A stretch of 64,000 bases of DNA from an uncultured Chloroflexia bacterium. GTDB lineage: Bacteria > Chloroflexota > Anaerolineae > Anaerolineales > UBA4823. Location of the stretch: positions 21,909-85,908 of the forward strand of contig CAWJHE010000005.1 in the NCBI GenBank assembly GCA_963842455.1, written 5' to 3'. Shown one piece after another: positions 47,822 to 58,386 of this stretch. Position numbers and translations under genes: made by a program. The notes under the pieces were generated by a model. The model made no database searches and had not been told where the DNA came from. It saw only the letters and a program-made list of their open reading frames with translations. Numbering within the stretch: the first letter of the stretch is position 1; the number at the start of each line of letters is the position of its first letter.

Positions 47822-49116
47822 GTCAAAGCTCTCCAGGCTTCTTCGGATGGGGGATGGATCGGTATAGCCCGTCCCGATGGGGTGATGCGCCATTTCCAAT
47901 GACCCAATTCGCCAGGCTTAGATTCGGGTCTATCCAATAGGTCTGGAGTGATCAGGTGGGATTGAATGGAAAATCGGTTGAGTTCTTGCAGGATGGGTTG
48001 TATGCTTGAGTTTCCTCCAAAAGATTGTGGATCGAGCAATAGGACGGTTGGTACGTTGCCTCTCCACAAGTAGGGCAACAAACTCTTGATCCACTCGCCC
48101 CTGGCGTTAGATGTAATTAAAATCAAGCTGGAGTTGTTGCTAAAGGCTGGGCGTAAATTGTTTAAGAGTTCAGAAACTGAATGGGAAGCAGGGGAGATGA
48201 CTGCCAGGCTGCGTAAGATAGCCCAGCGCTGTCCATCTCCTTCTCGCGGCGGTAACCATGCAAATGGCTGTCCATAAGCTGCCAATCCTACCGGTAGCCC
48301 GGCGCGTAATCCTCGGTCCGCAAGGGATGCTGCCAGGATAATGCCATGTTCTTCTGTAGAGCGCGGAGAAGCGCCAACCTGAACACTCTTTTCAACATCT
48401 AATACAATCCACCAATTACTGGATGGAGTGTTGTCGAAAATTCTGACAAAATAGTCGTTACGTCGAGCAGAGGTAGGCCAATGGATCCAGCGCAGGCTAT
48501 CTCCAGGGCTGTATTCGCGTACGCCTGCAGCGCTCACGGTTTTTTCTGGGGCGTTGGGCCGGGGACGACCATCTCCTGTGCGACCGCCAGGGGCGACTCT
48601 GATGGTTGGAAGCGGAACAACTGGTGGGGTGACCATCAGAGTGACAAAGCCAGGGTCATGGATTCGGATTTCAAAGAATCCTAAGGGGTCTGCTGTACGC
48701 AGCGTTGTAGGGCCCAGGTTGAAAAGACCACGCCGGGTGCAGATGCCACGGCTGCGCCATTGGTGGCTGCCATTTGCATCCAGGCCGGTGACGATATTGA
48801 CCTGGTACCCGGGCATATTGGAATGATCAATCACTTCAATCCAGGTAGCAGGAAATGCACTCTGGTTGGAAAGCCGAAAGCGCTCTTCTAACTGGTCGCC
48901 AACTTGGGCCCACCCAAAACGCATCTCTCGACGGAACGAAAGATGGTTAGCCAAAGAATTAGCCCAGGTGTAACAAAGGCCCCAGGCGATACTCAAAGAT
49001 AGTAAAAGGAAACGCCATCCTTGGAAATCATCAAAAACAGCGAGAATGATCAGGATACCAATCAGCACCAGGACTAATCTGGATTTGCCGGTTACATGCA
49101 CCTGAAGGGTCTTCAT
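47818..49116 (-). CDS. DUF58 domain protein
   Basis: RRGLF, DPLGFF, VREYSPGDSLRWIHWPTSAR, IVLD. Confidence 0.9.
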   Translation of the reverse strand: MKTLQVHVTGKSRLVLVLIGILIILAVFDDFQGWRFLLLSLSIAWGLCYTWANSLANHLSFRREMRFGWAQVGDQLEERFRLSNQSAFPATWIEVIDHSNMPGYQVNIVTGLDANGSHQWRSRGICTRRGLFNLGPTTLRTADPLGFFEIRIHDPGFVTLMVTPPVVPLPTIRVAPGGRTGDGRPRPNAPEKTVSAAGVREYSPGDSLRWIHWPTSARRNDYFVRIFDNTPSSNWWIVLDVEKSVQVGASPRSTEEHGIILAASLADRGLRAGLPVGLAAYGQPFAWLPPREGDGQRWAILRSLAVISPASHSVSELLNNLRPAFSNNSSLILITSNARGEWIKSLLPYLWRGNVPTVLLLDPQSFGGNSSIQPILQELNRFSIQSHLITPDLLDRPESKPGELGHWKWRITPSGRAIPIHPPSEEAWRALT

Positions 49117-49117
49117 T

Positions 49118-51154
49118 CTAATAGTTCAGCAGCCAATTCATCTTCTTTTGTATTGCTGTGGAGGTTGGTAAAACCGCATCCATTAACCGGACATTATACG
49201 GGATGGGAATATCTGGCATGGCAATTCGCTCTATGGGAGCATCCAAGTCGGTAAATGCCTGGCTGGCGATCGTGGCTGCGATTTCTGCACCGAATCCGAC
49301 TGTCCAGGTATCTTCGTGAACAATTATGACTTTACCGGTTTTTCGAACACTTTCCAAGACGCTTTCCTGATCCCAAGGAATGATGGTGCGTAAATCGAGA
49401 ATTTCAACTCGTCTATCCAATGAATGGGCAGCTAAAAGACAACGGTGAACCATAGCTCCCCAGGTAATCACGGTTAGTGAGTCGCCCTCAGCCAGACGGG
49501 CAGCCTGACCAAAAGGCAGGCAATAGTCGCTACCAGGATACGGACGACGTCCTTCTGGTGTATCTAATAACGCGCGATGTTCAAAAAAGAAGGTGGGATC
49601 GTCCCCGCGCAAAGCAGAACGTAGCAGCCCAACCGCATCGGATGCGTTGCTGGGAAATGCTATTCGCCAGCCGGGCAAATGGGCGTAAACAGCCTCTGCC
49701 GTAACACTATGCCAGGGATCGCCGGTTTTTTTCCCAAACCCGACCGGTACTCGGACCACCACTGGTGCAGCAAATTTGTTAGCAGTTCGCCAGCGGACAG
49801 TACCCAGGTCACTAATTTGCTCATGAGCGGGGTCCGCATACTTGCGAAACTGGATTTCTGGAACGGGCAATAAACCGGCGTATGCTAACCCGGCGGACCG
49901 CCCTATGATCCCATCTTCATTTAGAGACGTGTCAAAGACCCTCTCCGAACCAAAATGAGCCTGCATATCCAGGGTGGCGCCATGCACGCCGCCTTTCACC
50001 CCCACATCTTCACCAAACACAAGCATACGCAGGTTTTTATGTAATTCTTCCTCCATTGCACGCCGGACCGCGTCGATGAAATTAATCCTCGGTCCGCTGG
50101 ATTGGGGCTGCTCTGGTCCTGTGGGCAGATTAGCGCCTTCTGGGCGGAGACCGCCCAGCATGGATGCTTCACCATCAAAGAATTGAAATCGCGTAGTCAG
50201 ATTGGGGTCAGGTTCGGGAGTAGCTTCAGCCATTTCGAGGGCTGCCCGGATTTCTTCTTCCACTTGATTTTCCAGGTTCAACCACTCATCCAGGGTCATA
50301 ATTTCTTGAAGCATAAAATCTTTGAGTTGGCAGAGCGGATCCTGAGCTAATTCCAACTCGCGTTGCTGCTGACTTTTATAAGATTGGTCATCTATGTATG
50401 TATGTCCGGTCAGGCGAACAACCTGGTTGCGTAAAAGGCAGGGACCTGCTCCACTGCGTACGTATCGAACAGCCTCAGTAATTTTTTTAAAGGCGTCTAC
50501 TGGCTGTGTGCCATTGGCTTCCATCACTTTCAGGTTTTGATACCCAGACAGGTTTGATGCAATGTTTCCGGTTGGCGTCTGATAGGTTGATGGTACAGAG
50601 AGTCCAAAGGAATTGTCTTCGATAAAAAACAAAAGAGGTAGTTTTAGGGTTGTGGCGATATTTAATGCAGCCCAGAAGCCATTTGCTGCCACACTACCCT
50701 CTCCGCCAGTTGCTACGGCAATTGCTCCTTGCCAGGAAGTTTCTTTCAAAATATTTTGTCTGTATTGAATTGCCTGCGCCCATCCGACTGCCGGAGTATA
50801 CTGTGCGCCGACATTACCAGAGGCGGGTAAAATTGTTGGACCATTCCTGGGAGGTAAATTGAAGATTACGCCTGTATCTCGGCCTTCGCTGGGGCTGTTT
50901 GACAATGCCAGGCTGCCGGTAAGCGCTTCCTGGGGGGTAATTCCAGCAGCCAGTGCGAATGGCCTGGAGCGGTAATAGACGGTGGCAGCATCGTGCGGAT
51001 GATCCAGGGAGAGTGCCAAGATAATTTGGGCCAGTTCATGCCCGCCAGCTGAAAATTGGTATTTAACTTTGCTCTGTGGTGTGAGCTGATTGACCTCCAG
51101 GTTGTCCAGGCTGCGAGAGAGCAAGGCAAAATGAGTAACTTCTTTCCAGTCCAC
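49118..51154 (-). CDS. 2-oxoacid dehydrogenase E1, fused alpha+beta subunits (branched-chain type likely)
   Basis: YQFSAGGHE, GEGS...EDN TPP motif, FGEDVGVKGGV, EIQF, LDLRT, VHED. Confidence 0.88.
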   Translation of the reverse strand: MDWKEVTHFALLSRSLDNLEVNQLTPQSKVKYQFSAGGHELAQIILALSLDHPHDAATVYYRSRPFALAAGITPQEALTGSLALSNSPSEGRDTGVIFNLPPRNGPTILPASGNVGAQYTPAVGWAQAIQYRQNILKETSWQGAIAVATGGEGSVAANGFWAALNIATTLKLPLLFFIEDNSFGLSVPSTYQTPTGNIASNLSGYQNLKVMEANGTQPVDAFKKITEAVRYVRSGAGPCLLRNQVVRLTGHTYIDDQSYKSQQQRELELAQDPLCQLKDFMLQEIMTLDEWLNLENQVEEEIRAALEMAEATPEPDPNLTTRFQFFDGEASMLGGLRPEGANLPTGPEQPQSSGPRINFIDAVRRAMEEELHKNLRMLVFGEDVGVKGGVHGATLDMQAHFGSERVFDTSLNEDGIIGRSAGLAYAGLLPVPEIQFRKYADPAHEQISDLGTVRWRTANKFAAPVVVRVPVGFGKKTGDPWHSVTAEAVYAHLPGWRIAFPSNASDAVGLLRSALRGDDPTFFFEHRALLDTPEGRRPYPGSDYCLPFGQAARLAEGDSLTVITWGAMVHRCLLAAHSLDRRVEILDLRTIIPWDQESVLESVRKTGKVIIVHEDTWTVGFGAEIAATIASQAFTDLDAPIERIAMPDIPIPYNVRLMDAVLPTSTAIQKKMNWLLNY

Positions 51155-51202
51155 GGTATCACCTTCTTTACGGTTAATTATACTGTCTGATTAACACCTG
51201 TT

Positions 51203-52587
51203 CTATTCTACAGTTAAAATATCTCGTTCTTTTAGTTGGGCTAAAACGGGGCGGCTTCGTATCCAAAGCCAAATAGTTTGCATAGCCACACTGAGTGTTA
51301 ATGAAATCAGGCCAATATAAAGACCTGCGATCGAAGCTAGCCATACCCCAATTCCCAAAGTTATAGCACTGGTTAATAGATAGATCACCACAGATTCAGT
51401 GATACCTTGGGTCTTTCTTCCATAAAGGATCGCTCCCTGATACCAGCTTTGCATCACACTCAAGGCTGGTAGAGGCAACGCAATCCAGATGCCTTTCTGG
51501 GCTAACTGTGCAAGCGGCAGGTCCAAGGCTGAAACGTATCTAAACCAAATTCCCGACAGGGGCGTAGCAGTGATTAATAGCAGGGCAGCAGTGGTCCCGG
51601 CTGAAAGAAACAATGCAAAACGAAACAGATTTTTGGAGGATCGGGGTATATCTAGTAATGCAACAACCACTTCATTCAAAGCTATTCCAAGACTTCTCAA
51701 GCATGAAAATTAGGCCGGTAATGACTGGCCAAACGGCAAGGGACGACAAAGCCAGGGGCATGCGGCTTAATGCAGCGCTTCCGATTGGATTGGCCAACAA
51801 TGTTAGTAGAGATGTCATTGCCAGGGGGATGTAGAAATCCAGAAAAGAACGTAAGGTAAGTGCTGGTTCAACAGGTGGAGCAGGCAGAAGGTTATTTTTA
51901 ATTACGGGTCGCACCACAATGCCGATAAAGATTGCCTCTGCGACAACACCCGTAGCAACAGCACTGGATGCGACGACAATGCCAGGAAATTTGCCATAGA
52001 AATAGCCGATCAATAAAACGATCACATTAGCGCTCAGGCGGATGACCGTCCCAACTCCCACAGCTCGCGAGTATCCAAAACGAATCAGAATTCCCTGGTG
52101 AAACCGACGATATGCAATAGAAAAAGTCCAGGGCAGCATGATCATCAAGCCGATGCGAGAAGGGTTAATGATTTCCTGAGGAACTCCGATAATTTTGTCG
52201 ACCACAAAGAAATACAACGGGTGTAAAAGCTACCAGCAAATGAACGCCTGTGAGCACGGAGGCAGTAATAATCATAAAGCGATAGATTAACCGGTAAGAA
52301 TGCCAATCTTTACTCAATGCAGTTGAGGCTGCCAAGAGCATAATGATGGGAGCCTCGATAATCAGGGAGAGCGGAAACACAACTCCGCCGTATGCGGCTA
52401 GATTGATTTCTGGATTGGGCAGGCGTGCCACAATCGCGCTTAGGACAGGCAGCTCAACACCCATCAGCAGCCAGGAGGCAGCCAGAGGCCACCAGGTGGT
52501 TAAAACACGTTTCAATGGCAGATCTAAATTGGATCGTGTAACAATTGTCATGAAAGCATAAATCTTTTCTTGTTTGATCTCTCGCAA
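51203..52587 (-). pseudogene. MATE/MOP-like polytopic membrane protein split into three ORFs by two +1 frameshifts (pseudogene or sequence error)
   Basis: ORFs 52165-52587, 51672-52217 and 51203-51700 join (...AFTP|LYFFVV..., ...IFM|LRSLGIA...) if one base is removed at ~52219-52221 and one at ~51699-51701. Two similar halves (WWPLAASWLL / YIPLAMTSLL). Confidence 0.75.
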
Positions 52588-52767
52588 AGTCGCAAAATAC
52601 GCTAAGTTTTATTGATTTATTGCCATCGGATCAATTTTTATGACCCACGAATTGCGAATTGCTTATGTGAATTATTTTTCCCGAAAAATTGTTGTTTAGT
52701 ATAGCATCCATTCGGTGAATGCGAAATATGAAAATGATGAGGATTGGAACGTGATGCCTACAGGTAC

Positions 52768-52819
52768 TTGACAAAAAAGTTTAATTTTTGATATCCTAAA
52801 ACTACCGAACGGTCGGTAG
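52768..52819 (+). promoter_or_regulatory. Promoter and TetR-type operator
   Basis: TTGACA (52768-52773), 18 bp, TATCCT with extended TG. Near-palindrome CTACCGAACGGTCGGTAG at 52802-52819. Confidence 0.7.
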
Positions 52820-52828
52820 GGATGGGAT

Positions 52829-53407
52829 ATGACTCGAGACGAGATCCTGATCGCAGCTGCACAGATATTTGGGCAGAAAGGTTTCCATGCAACTTCTATG
52901 CAGGATATTGCCCAGGCTGTTAACCTGCAAAAAGCCAGTCTTTACCATCATGTGAACAGCAAGCAAGAAATCCTGGTTGAGCTATTGGACCAGGCTTTGG
53001 ATTTGTTAATCGATCGGATGAATCAAGTGCTGGCGCTCGATATCCCTGCAGATCAGAAATTGCGGCAGGCGGTGAGTACTTATCTTTCTACACTGGTAAC
53101 CCAGCGTGACCTGGCTTCTGTTCTTTTGCTAGAACACCGGTCATTGGATCCTGACCTGCATGCACGCCACATTCCCCGCCGTGACCGGTATGAGCAGCTG
53201 TGGAGAGACCTCATTACCCAGGGACTAGAAGAAGGTGTTTTCCATTGCTCTGAGCCTTTTATGGCGGTGAAAGCCTTTCTGGGGGTCATAAACTGGACAA
53301 TCACCTGGTATCGTTCCGATGGTTCACTGACTGTTGAAGAAATCGCCAATCAATTTGCAGACTTGTTTTTGTTTGGATTAATCAAGCGAGTTGAAGAAGG
53401 AGAATAA
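52829..53407 (+). CDS. TetR-family regulator (KstR2-like C-terminus)
   Basis: GFHATSMQDIA, ASLYHHVNSKQEIL, NWTITWYR. Confidence 0.92.
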   Translation: MTRDEILIAAAQIFGQKGFHATSMQDIAQAVNLQKASLYHHVNSKQEILVELLDQALDLLIDRMNQVLALDIPADQKLRQAVSTYLSTLVTQRDLASVLLLEHRSLDPDLHARHIPRRDRYEQLWRDLITQGLEEGVFHCSEPFMAVKAFLGVINWTITWYRSDGSLTVEEIANQFADLFLFGLIKRVEEGE

Positions 53408-53410
53408 ACC

Positions 53411-54505
53411 ATGTACTCTTTTGAACCCAATGAAGAGCAACAAATGCTTATCGAAACCATCAGGCGTTTTGCTGTGAATGACTTGCGAGCCAAGGCGCAT
53501 GACGCTGATGAAGAGGCTGCTTTCTCGCCCAAAATAATAGAAAAAGGTTGGGAATTGGGCTTTTTGCAAGCCTCCATTCCTGAAGATCTTGGTGGCTTTG
53601 GAGAAAGATCGGCAGTAACGGGTGTGTTGGCAGCTGAAGAAATGGCTTTTGGTGATCTGGCTGGTGCTCTGGCAGTTATGACTCCCGGTCTATTTGCTTT
53701 ACCAGTTGCCGTGTTGGGGAGCCAGGATCAGAAGAAGACCTATTTGCCTGATATTGCAGAAGGGGAATGGCAGCCATTTACATCTGCTATGATCGAACCA
53801 TCTTTTGATTTTGATGCCCTGGACATGCGAACGGTGGCACGTGTGGATGGCGATGATTATTTGCTTGATGGAGAAAAGGTTTACGTTCCATTTGCTTCAG
53901 ATGCCCAGAATATCCTGGTTTATGCGAATTTGGAAGGCAAAACCCAGGGATTTATATTGAAGCGGGATGCGGCTGGTTTGCAGATTGGCGAGCGGCAGAA
54001 GTTAATGGGAATCAATGCTTTACCTTTATATTCATTGAAATTATCTGGCGTGCGAGTCACTCGGGAAGACCGCTTGGGTGGCATAGATGGGCATGATTTC
54101 GCTCCAATCATCGATTCCAGCCGGGTAGCCATGGCTGCAATGGCGATTGGATTATCTAAAGCAGCCTTCGAATATTCGCGTGATTATGCAAAAGATCGTG
54201 ATGTGTTTGGGATGAAGGTGGCTCAAAAGCAAGCAATAGCCTTTATGCTTGCCGAGATGGCAACTGAGATTGAGGCGATCCGCCTCTTAACCTGGGAGGC
54301 AGCCTGGATGATTGACCAAGCGAAACCGGATGCCAGCAAACAAGCTTACCTGGCTTTGCTGGGGGCTGCCGATATGGCTATGATGGTAGCAGATCGAGCC
54401 GTACAAATACTTGGCGGTCATGGCTATATTCGAGAGCATCCTGTCGAACTTTGGATGCGGAATGCACGTGGTATCGCAACTTTCAATGGACTTGCCATTG
54501 TATAG
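53411..54505 (+). CDS. Acyl-CoA dehydrogenase family protein
   Basis: IPEDLGG, GEKVYV, RDVFG, QAIAFMLAEM, VQILGGHGYIREHPVELW. Confidence 0.9.
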   Translation: MYSFEPNEEQQMLIETIRRFAVNDLRAKAHDADEEAAFSPKIIEKGWELGFLQASIPEDLGGFGERSAVTGVLAAEEMAFGDLAGALAVMTPGLFALPVAVLGSQDQKKTYLPDIAEGEWQPFTSAMIEPSFDFDALDMRTVARVDGDDYLLDGEKVYVPFASDAQNILVYANLEGKTQGFILKRDAAGLQIGERQKLMGINALPLYSLKLSGVRVTREDRLGGIDGHDFAPIIDSSRVAMAAMAIGLSKAAFEYSRDYAKDRDVFGMKVAQKQAIAFMLAEMATEIEAIRLLTWEAAWMIDQAKPDASKQAYLALLGAADMAMMVADRAVQILGGHGYIREHPVELWMRNARGIATFNGLAIV

Positions 54506-54586
54506 AATGCCAACCAACGAACACAAACACCAAACTGTCGTTCACGATCCGTTTATATTTTCTGAGACTGGCAGGAGATGATCAAG

Positions 54587-55849
54587 ATGATTGACTTTGA
54601 ATCCCCCAAACCTATAGCACAACAGAGTTTTGCTCTGCAAACGGTTGCCGAGAATATGATGCGACCCGTATCTAGATATTTTGATGAGCACGAACATGAA
54701 ATCCCTTGGGATTATATTAACTTTATGCACATGGCTATGCGAGCCACTGGTGCTGGATCTTTGGCGCCAAAAGAAAAAAAGAAAGAGAAAGAGGGTGAGG
54801 AGCACAAGGAAAAACGGCCTCCCATCGGATACCAGTCGCTGGCTTTTATGTTGGAGACTTTATCTTGGGGCGATGTGGGTTTATACCTGGTGACGCCAGG
54901 AGGAGGGCTGGGGGCGGCTGCTGTAGAAGCGGCTGGTACGCCAGAACAAAAGCAGCGCTTTCTTGCCCGCTTTGCTGAAGAAAAGCCTACTTTTGGAGCA
55001 ATGGCGATGACTGAACCGCAAGCTGGTTCAGACACTTCTGCTATTCGCACAACCGCAATCTTGGACTCTAATTCAAATGAATGGATTCTCAATGGTGAGA
55101 AGATATTCGTGACAGCTGGTCACAAATCCCTTTTAGAGAGTAAAGGCTTTGTTGTTGTGTGGGCAACCATAGACCCATCTGCAGGTCGAGCAGGGATGCG
55201 CTCCTTCGTAGTGGAAGCTGGTACACCCGGGGTGCAAGTAACCAAATTGGAGCACAAGATGGGTATTCGCGCCAGCGATACAGCCTCCATTGTTTTCCAG
55301 GATGCCAGGGTGCCATTTGAAAATATGTTGGGAAGCGCAGAGGTCGTAAAGCAAACGGATACTACTAAAGGCTTTAAGGGTGCGATGGCAACGTTTGATG
55401 CAACCAGACCCTTAGTGGCTGCAACTGGTGTAGGTGTAGCCCGCGCAACGCTTGAGTTGCTCAAAGATCTACTGCGTCAACAGGGCGTGGAAATTCGATA
55501 TGGATTACCGCGACAAAAGTTGACCCATATTGAGCGTGAAGTGATTGATATGGAGATTATGCTCCGGTCGGCCTGGCTTTTGGTGATTAAAGCGGTGTGG
55601 ATGGCAGATAACCGCATGAATAACTCAATGGAAGCCTCTATGTCAAAGGTCCGCGCGGGTGATGTGGTTACAAAGATCACACAAAGAGCAGTGGAGTTGA
55701 TGGGGCCGCTTGGTTATAGCCGGGATTACCTGCTGGAAAAGTGGTTCCGTGATGCCAAAATAACCGATATTTATGAGGGAACTGGGCAGATCAATCGCTT
55801 AATTGTTGCTCGAAATGTGCTTGGTTATTCAGGTAGAGAACTACGATAA
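54587..55849 (+). CDS. Acyl-CoA dehydrogenase family protein
   Basis: AMTEPQAGSD, LNGEKIFVT, KMGIRASDTA, RDAKITDIYEGTGQI. Confidence 0.92.
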   Translation: MIDFESPKPIAQQSFALQTVAENMMRPVSRYFDEHEHEIPWDYINFMHMAMRATGAGSLAPKEKKKEKEGEEHKEKRPPIGYQSLAFMLETLSWGDVGLYLVTPGGGLGAAAVEAAGTPEQKQRFLARFAEEKPTFGAMAMTEPQAGSDTSAIRTTAILDSNSNEWILNGEKIFVTAGHKSLLESKGFVVVWATIDPSAGRAGMRSFVVEAGTPGVQVTKLEHKMGIRASDTASIVFQDARVPFENMLGSAEVVKQTDTTKGFKGAMATFDATRPLVAATGVGVARATLELLKDLLRQQGVEIRYGLPRQKLTHIEREVIDMEIMLRSAWLLVIKAVWMADNRMNNSMEASMSKVRAGDVVTKITQRAVELMGPLGYSRDYLLEKWFRDAKITDIYEGTGQINRLIVARNVLGYSGRELR

Positions 55850-56030
55850 TCCAGAGAAACCCGAATTATTTTTTGCCCTTTTCTCAAGTTTTAGTTCGTA
55901 AGGATGAAACCGCACCTTAAAAACGCCACATCAATGATCAGGTATTGAGAAGTAAGTGGCTTAATAATCTGGTGATCCAATGCAGAGATAGCTTTCCATT
56001 CTGTAAAGTGCTTCTGCCCCCCTCATTCGC

Positions 56031-56059
56031 TTGACCGGATGGCAATAGATCGGTAAACT
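56031..56059 (+). promoter_or_regulatory. Promoter placing +1 at or near the ATG (probably leaderless)
   Basis: TTGACC, 17 bp, TAAACT, 7 nt, ATG 56067; no SD. Confidence 0.6.
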
Positions 56060-56066
56060 ATAATCT

Positions 56067-57392
56067 ATGGGAGATGTAGCTCTAGAAATAGTTGTCATCC
56101 TGGTGCTGATCTTGTTCAACGGGGTTTTAGCGATGGCTGAAATTGCCCTGGTATCCTCGCGGAAAGTTCGATTACAGCAAAGAGCAAATAAAGGCGATGA
56201 AAATGCAAGAACAGCATTGAAATTGGCACAGAACCCTTCTAATTTCTTGTCAACGGTTCAAGTCGGCATAACTTTAGTGGGTATCTTAGCAGGCGCTTTT
56301 GGTGGGGCAACCGTAGCGCAGCCGTTGGCTGATCTGATTTCGGCTAATGCTACACTAAGACCTTATAGCCAGTCCATCGCATTGGGGATTGTTGTATTTG
56401 CCATCACCTATTTGTCCTTGATTTTTGGAGAGCTAGTACCTAAACGCTTGGCGTTGAGTAATCCCGAGAAGTTTGCAGCTGGGATGGCAAAGCCCATGAT
56501 CACGTTTTCACGACTGGTTCTTCCCCTTGTTCGTCTTTTAGATATCTCAACCGAATTGATCCTGAAAGTTCTTGGGATCAAGCCTTCACAAGAGCCATCG
56601 GTGACCGAAGATGAGATTAAATTGTTAATTAAACAAGGCGCTCATTCGGGTGTTTTTGAAGAAACCGAAATTGATATGGTGAATGCCATTTTTAGATTAG
56701 GTGACCGGCGTATAGGAACATTGATTACACCAAGACCAGAAGTTGATTGGGTGGATTTGGATAACACACTCGAAGAAAACTTGGAAAAGGTTATTCAAAG
56801 TGGTCACTCTAGACTGCCGGTCGGTAAAGGATCTCTTGATGATATCCATGGGATATTGGTGGCCAAGGACCTTTTGGCCTGTGAGCTAGAAGACCCATCT
56901 TTTGATATCAAAACATGTACCATTCCGGCTGTTTTCGTCCCCCAGAATATGCGTGCAATGAAAGTGTTAGAGGTATTACGAGAAGATCCTCAACCTGCTA
57001 TGGTCTTGGTGATTGATGAGTATGGAGGTCTTCAAGGCTTGGTGACTGCCAATGATTTGTTGGAAGCGATTGTTGGGGAATTACCCGAGTCTGGAGCTAA
57101 GTTTGAACCAGATATAGTCCAACGCAGAGATGGCTCATGGTTGGTGGATGGGATGTTGGCAGTTGATGAATTCATGGAATATTTTCATCTAGGCGAGTTG
57201 CCCGAAATGCAAAGAGGACTTTTCCAGACCCTGGGTGGACTTGTGATGAGCACCTTGGGACGAGTTCCTAAATCCGGAGATGCATTCGACTGGAAGGGAC
57301 TGCATATCGAGGTGGCTGATATGGATGGACTTAGGGTAGACAAGGTGATGGTTTCAGCGCAAGTTGCTGAAAGCTCTGTAAACACCAATTAG
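56067..57392 (+). CDS. CNNM/CorB (hemolysin family) transporter: DUF21 + CBS pair + CorC
   Basis: NGVLAMAEIA, STVQVGIT, GELVPK, HSRLPV, DEYGG, TLGG. Confidence 0.92.
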   Translation: MGDVALEIVVILVLILFNGVLAMAEIALVSSRKVRLQQRANKGDENARTALKLAQNPSNFLSTVQVGITLVGILAGAFGGATVAQPLADLISANATLRPYSQSIALGIVVFAITYLSLIFGELVPKRLALSNPEKFAAGMAKPMITFSRLVLPLVRLLDISTELILKVLGIKPSQEPSVTEDEIKLLIKQGAHSGVFEETEIDMVNAIFRLGDRRIGTLITPRPEVDWVDLDNTLEENLEKVIQSGHSRLPVGKGSLDDIHGILVAKDLLACELEDPSFDIKTCTIPAVFVPQNMRAMKVLEVLREDPQPAMVLVIDEYGGLQGLVTANDLLEAIVGELPESGAKFEPDIVQRRDGSWLVDGMLAVDEFMEYFHLGELPEMQRGLFQTLGGLVMSTLGRVPKSGDAFDWKGLHIEVADMDGLRVDKVMVSAQVAESSVNTN

Positions 57393-57426
57393 ATTAATTC
57401 GGCTGATGGATGAAGGAGAGGAAGCC

Positions 57427-58335
57427 ATGAGAATACGTTATGGATGGACGCTATTTACGGTTTCGCTGATAACTACCATACTCCTTTCGGGGTGTTTGGG
57501 AGAAACTGCGACACCACCTGCACCGGATTTGGACATGGCATATACGCAAGCTGCCCAGACCATTGTTGCTGAACTTACGCAGAATGCTCCTCAAGTGACT
57601 GAGGCTCCACCGGAAATACAAGCTGTTGAACCCAGCCCCACGGAGACCTTGCCACCTACCAGTACTCCCATGCCTACGGAAACACCTGAACCTACTGAAA
57701 CGCCAGCCCCCACAGAGTCAATCGAGCTAAGTGAAACCCCAGCACCAACTTCAATTATCGAAGTAGTCACTGCACCCGAACCTAATTACACTTTAGCATT
57801 TGAAGATGATTTCTCGTTCGCTTTGGGTTGGCCAACTGGCAATGATTCTTTTGTTCAGCTGCATTACACAAAAGGCGGTTATGCCATCCGTAACAAAGTG
57901 GTCAAGGATGTCGTATGGAGCACACGCAGCCAGCAATTTGTGGATATGCGAGTGGAAGTTACCGCATCCAGGGTGAGTGGTGATCTGGAAGGTTACTATG
58001 GGGTTGTTTGCCGATTTGCTGACGGCAGTAATTATTATGTACTGGCTGTTAGTAGCGATGGCAGTTATATGATTGGCAAGCAAAAAGCAGGCAGCTTGAC
58101 GTTTCTGATTACGGGTAAGGATGAAGGCGGCGCCGTATCGACCGGCAATGCCCCCAACGTGATCCGAGGGGATTGTGTTGGTAACACCCTCACCTTATAC
58201 GCGAATGGAACGCTATTGGCTACCGTGGAAGATAGCGACTTCACGGCTGGGGCTGCTGGTCTGGCAGTCGGCACCAAACGTAACCCTGGATATGAAGCTT
58301 TCTTCGATGATTTCAGGGTGTACATTCCCGAATAA
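57427..58335 (+). CDS. Lipoprotein with Pro/Thr linker and C-terminal beta-sandwich (ConA/DUF1080-like) domain
   Basis: LSGC lipobox, TQAAQT, PT-rich linker, FEDDFS...LYANG...FDDFRVY. Confidence 0.75.
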   Translation: MRIRYGWTLFTVSLITTILLSGCLGETATPPAPDLDMAYTQAAQTIVAELTQNAPQVTEAPPEIQAVEPSPTETLPPTSTPMPTETPEPTETPAPTESIELSETPAPTSIIEVVTAPEPNYTLAFEDDFSFALGWPTGNDSFVQLHYTKGGYAIRNKVVKDVVWSTRSQQFVDMRVEVTASRVSGDLEGYYGVVCRFADGSNYYVLAVSSDGSYMIGKQKAGSLTFLITGKDEGGAVSTGNAPNVIRGDCVGNTLTLYANGTLLATVEDSDFTAGAAGLAVGTKRNPGYEAFFDDFRVYIPE

Positions 58336-58386
58336 TTGCAGATTACGCACCAGATTAAAAAACCATTTAAATTGTTCCTTGTGAAG

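Noticed and set aside
57590-57790. Low-complexity repeats as a CRISPR array or tandem repeat
   Set aside because: They encode a Pro/Thr/Glu lipoprotein linker; there is no fixed repeat-spacer period.
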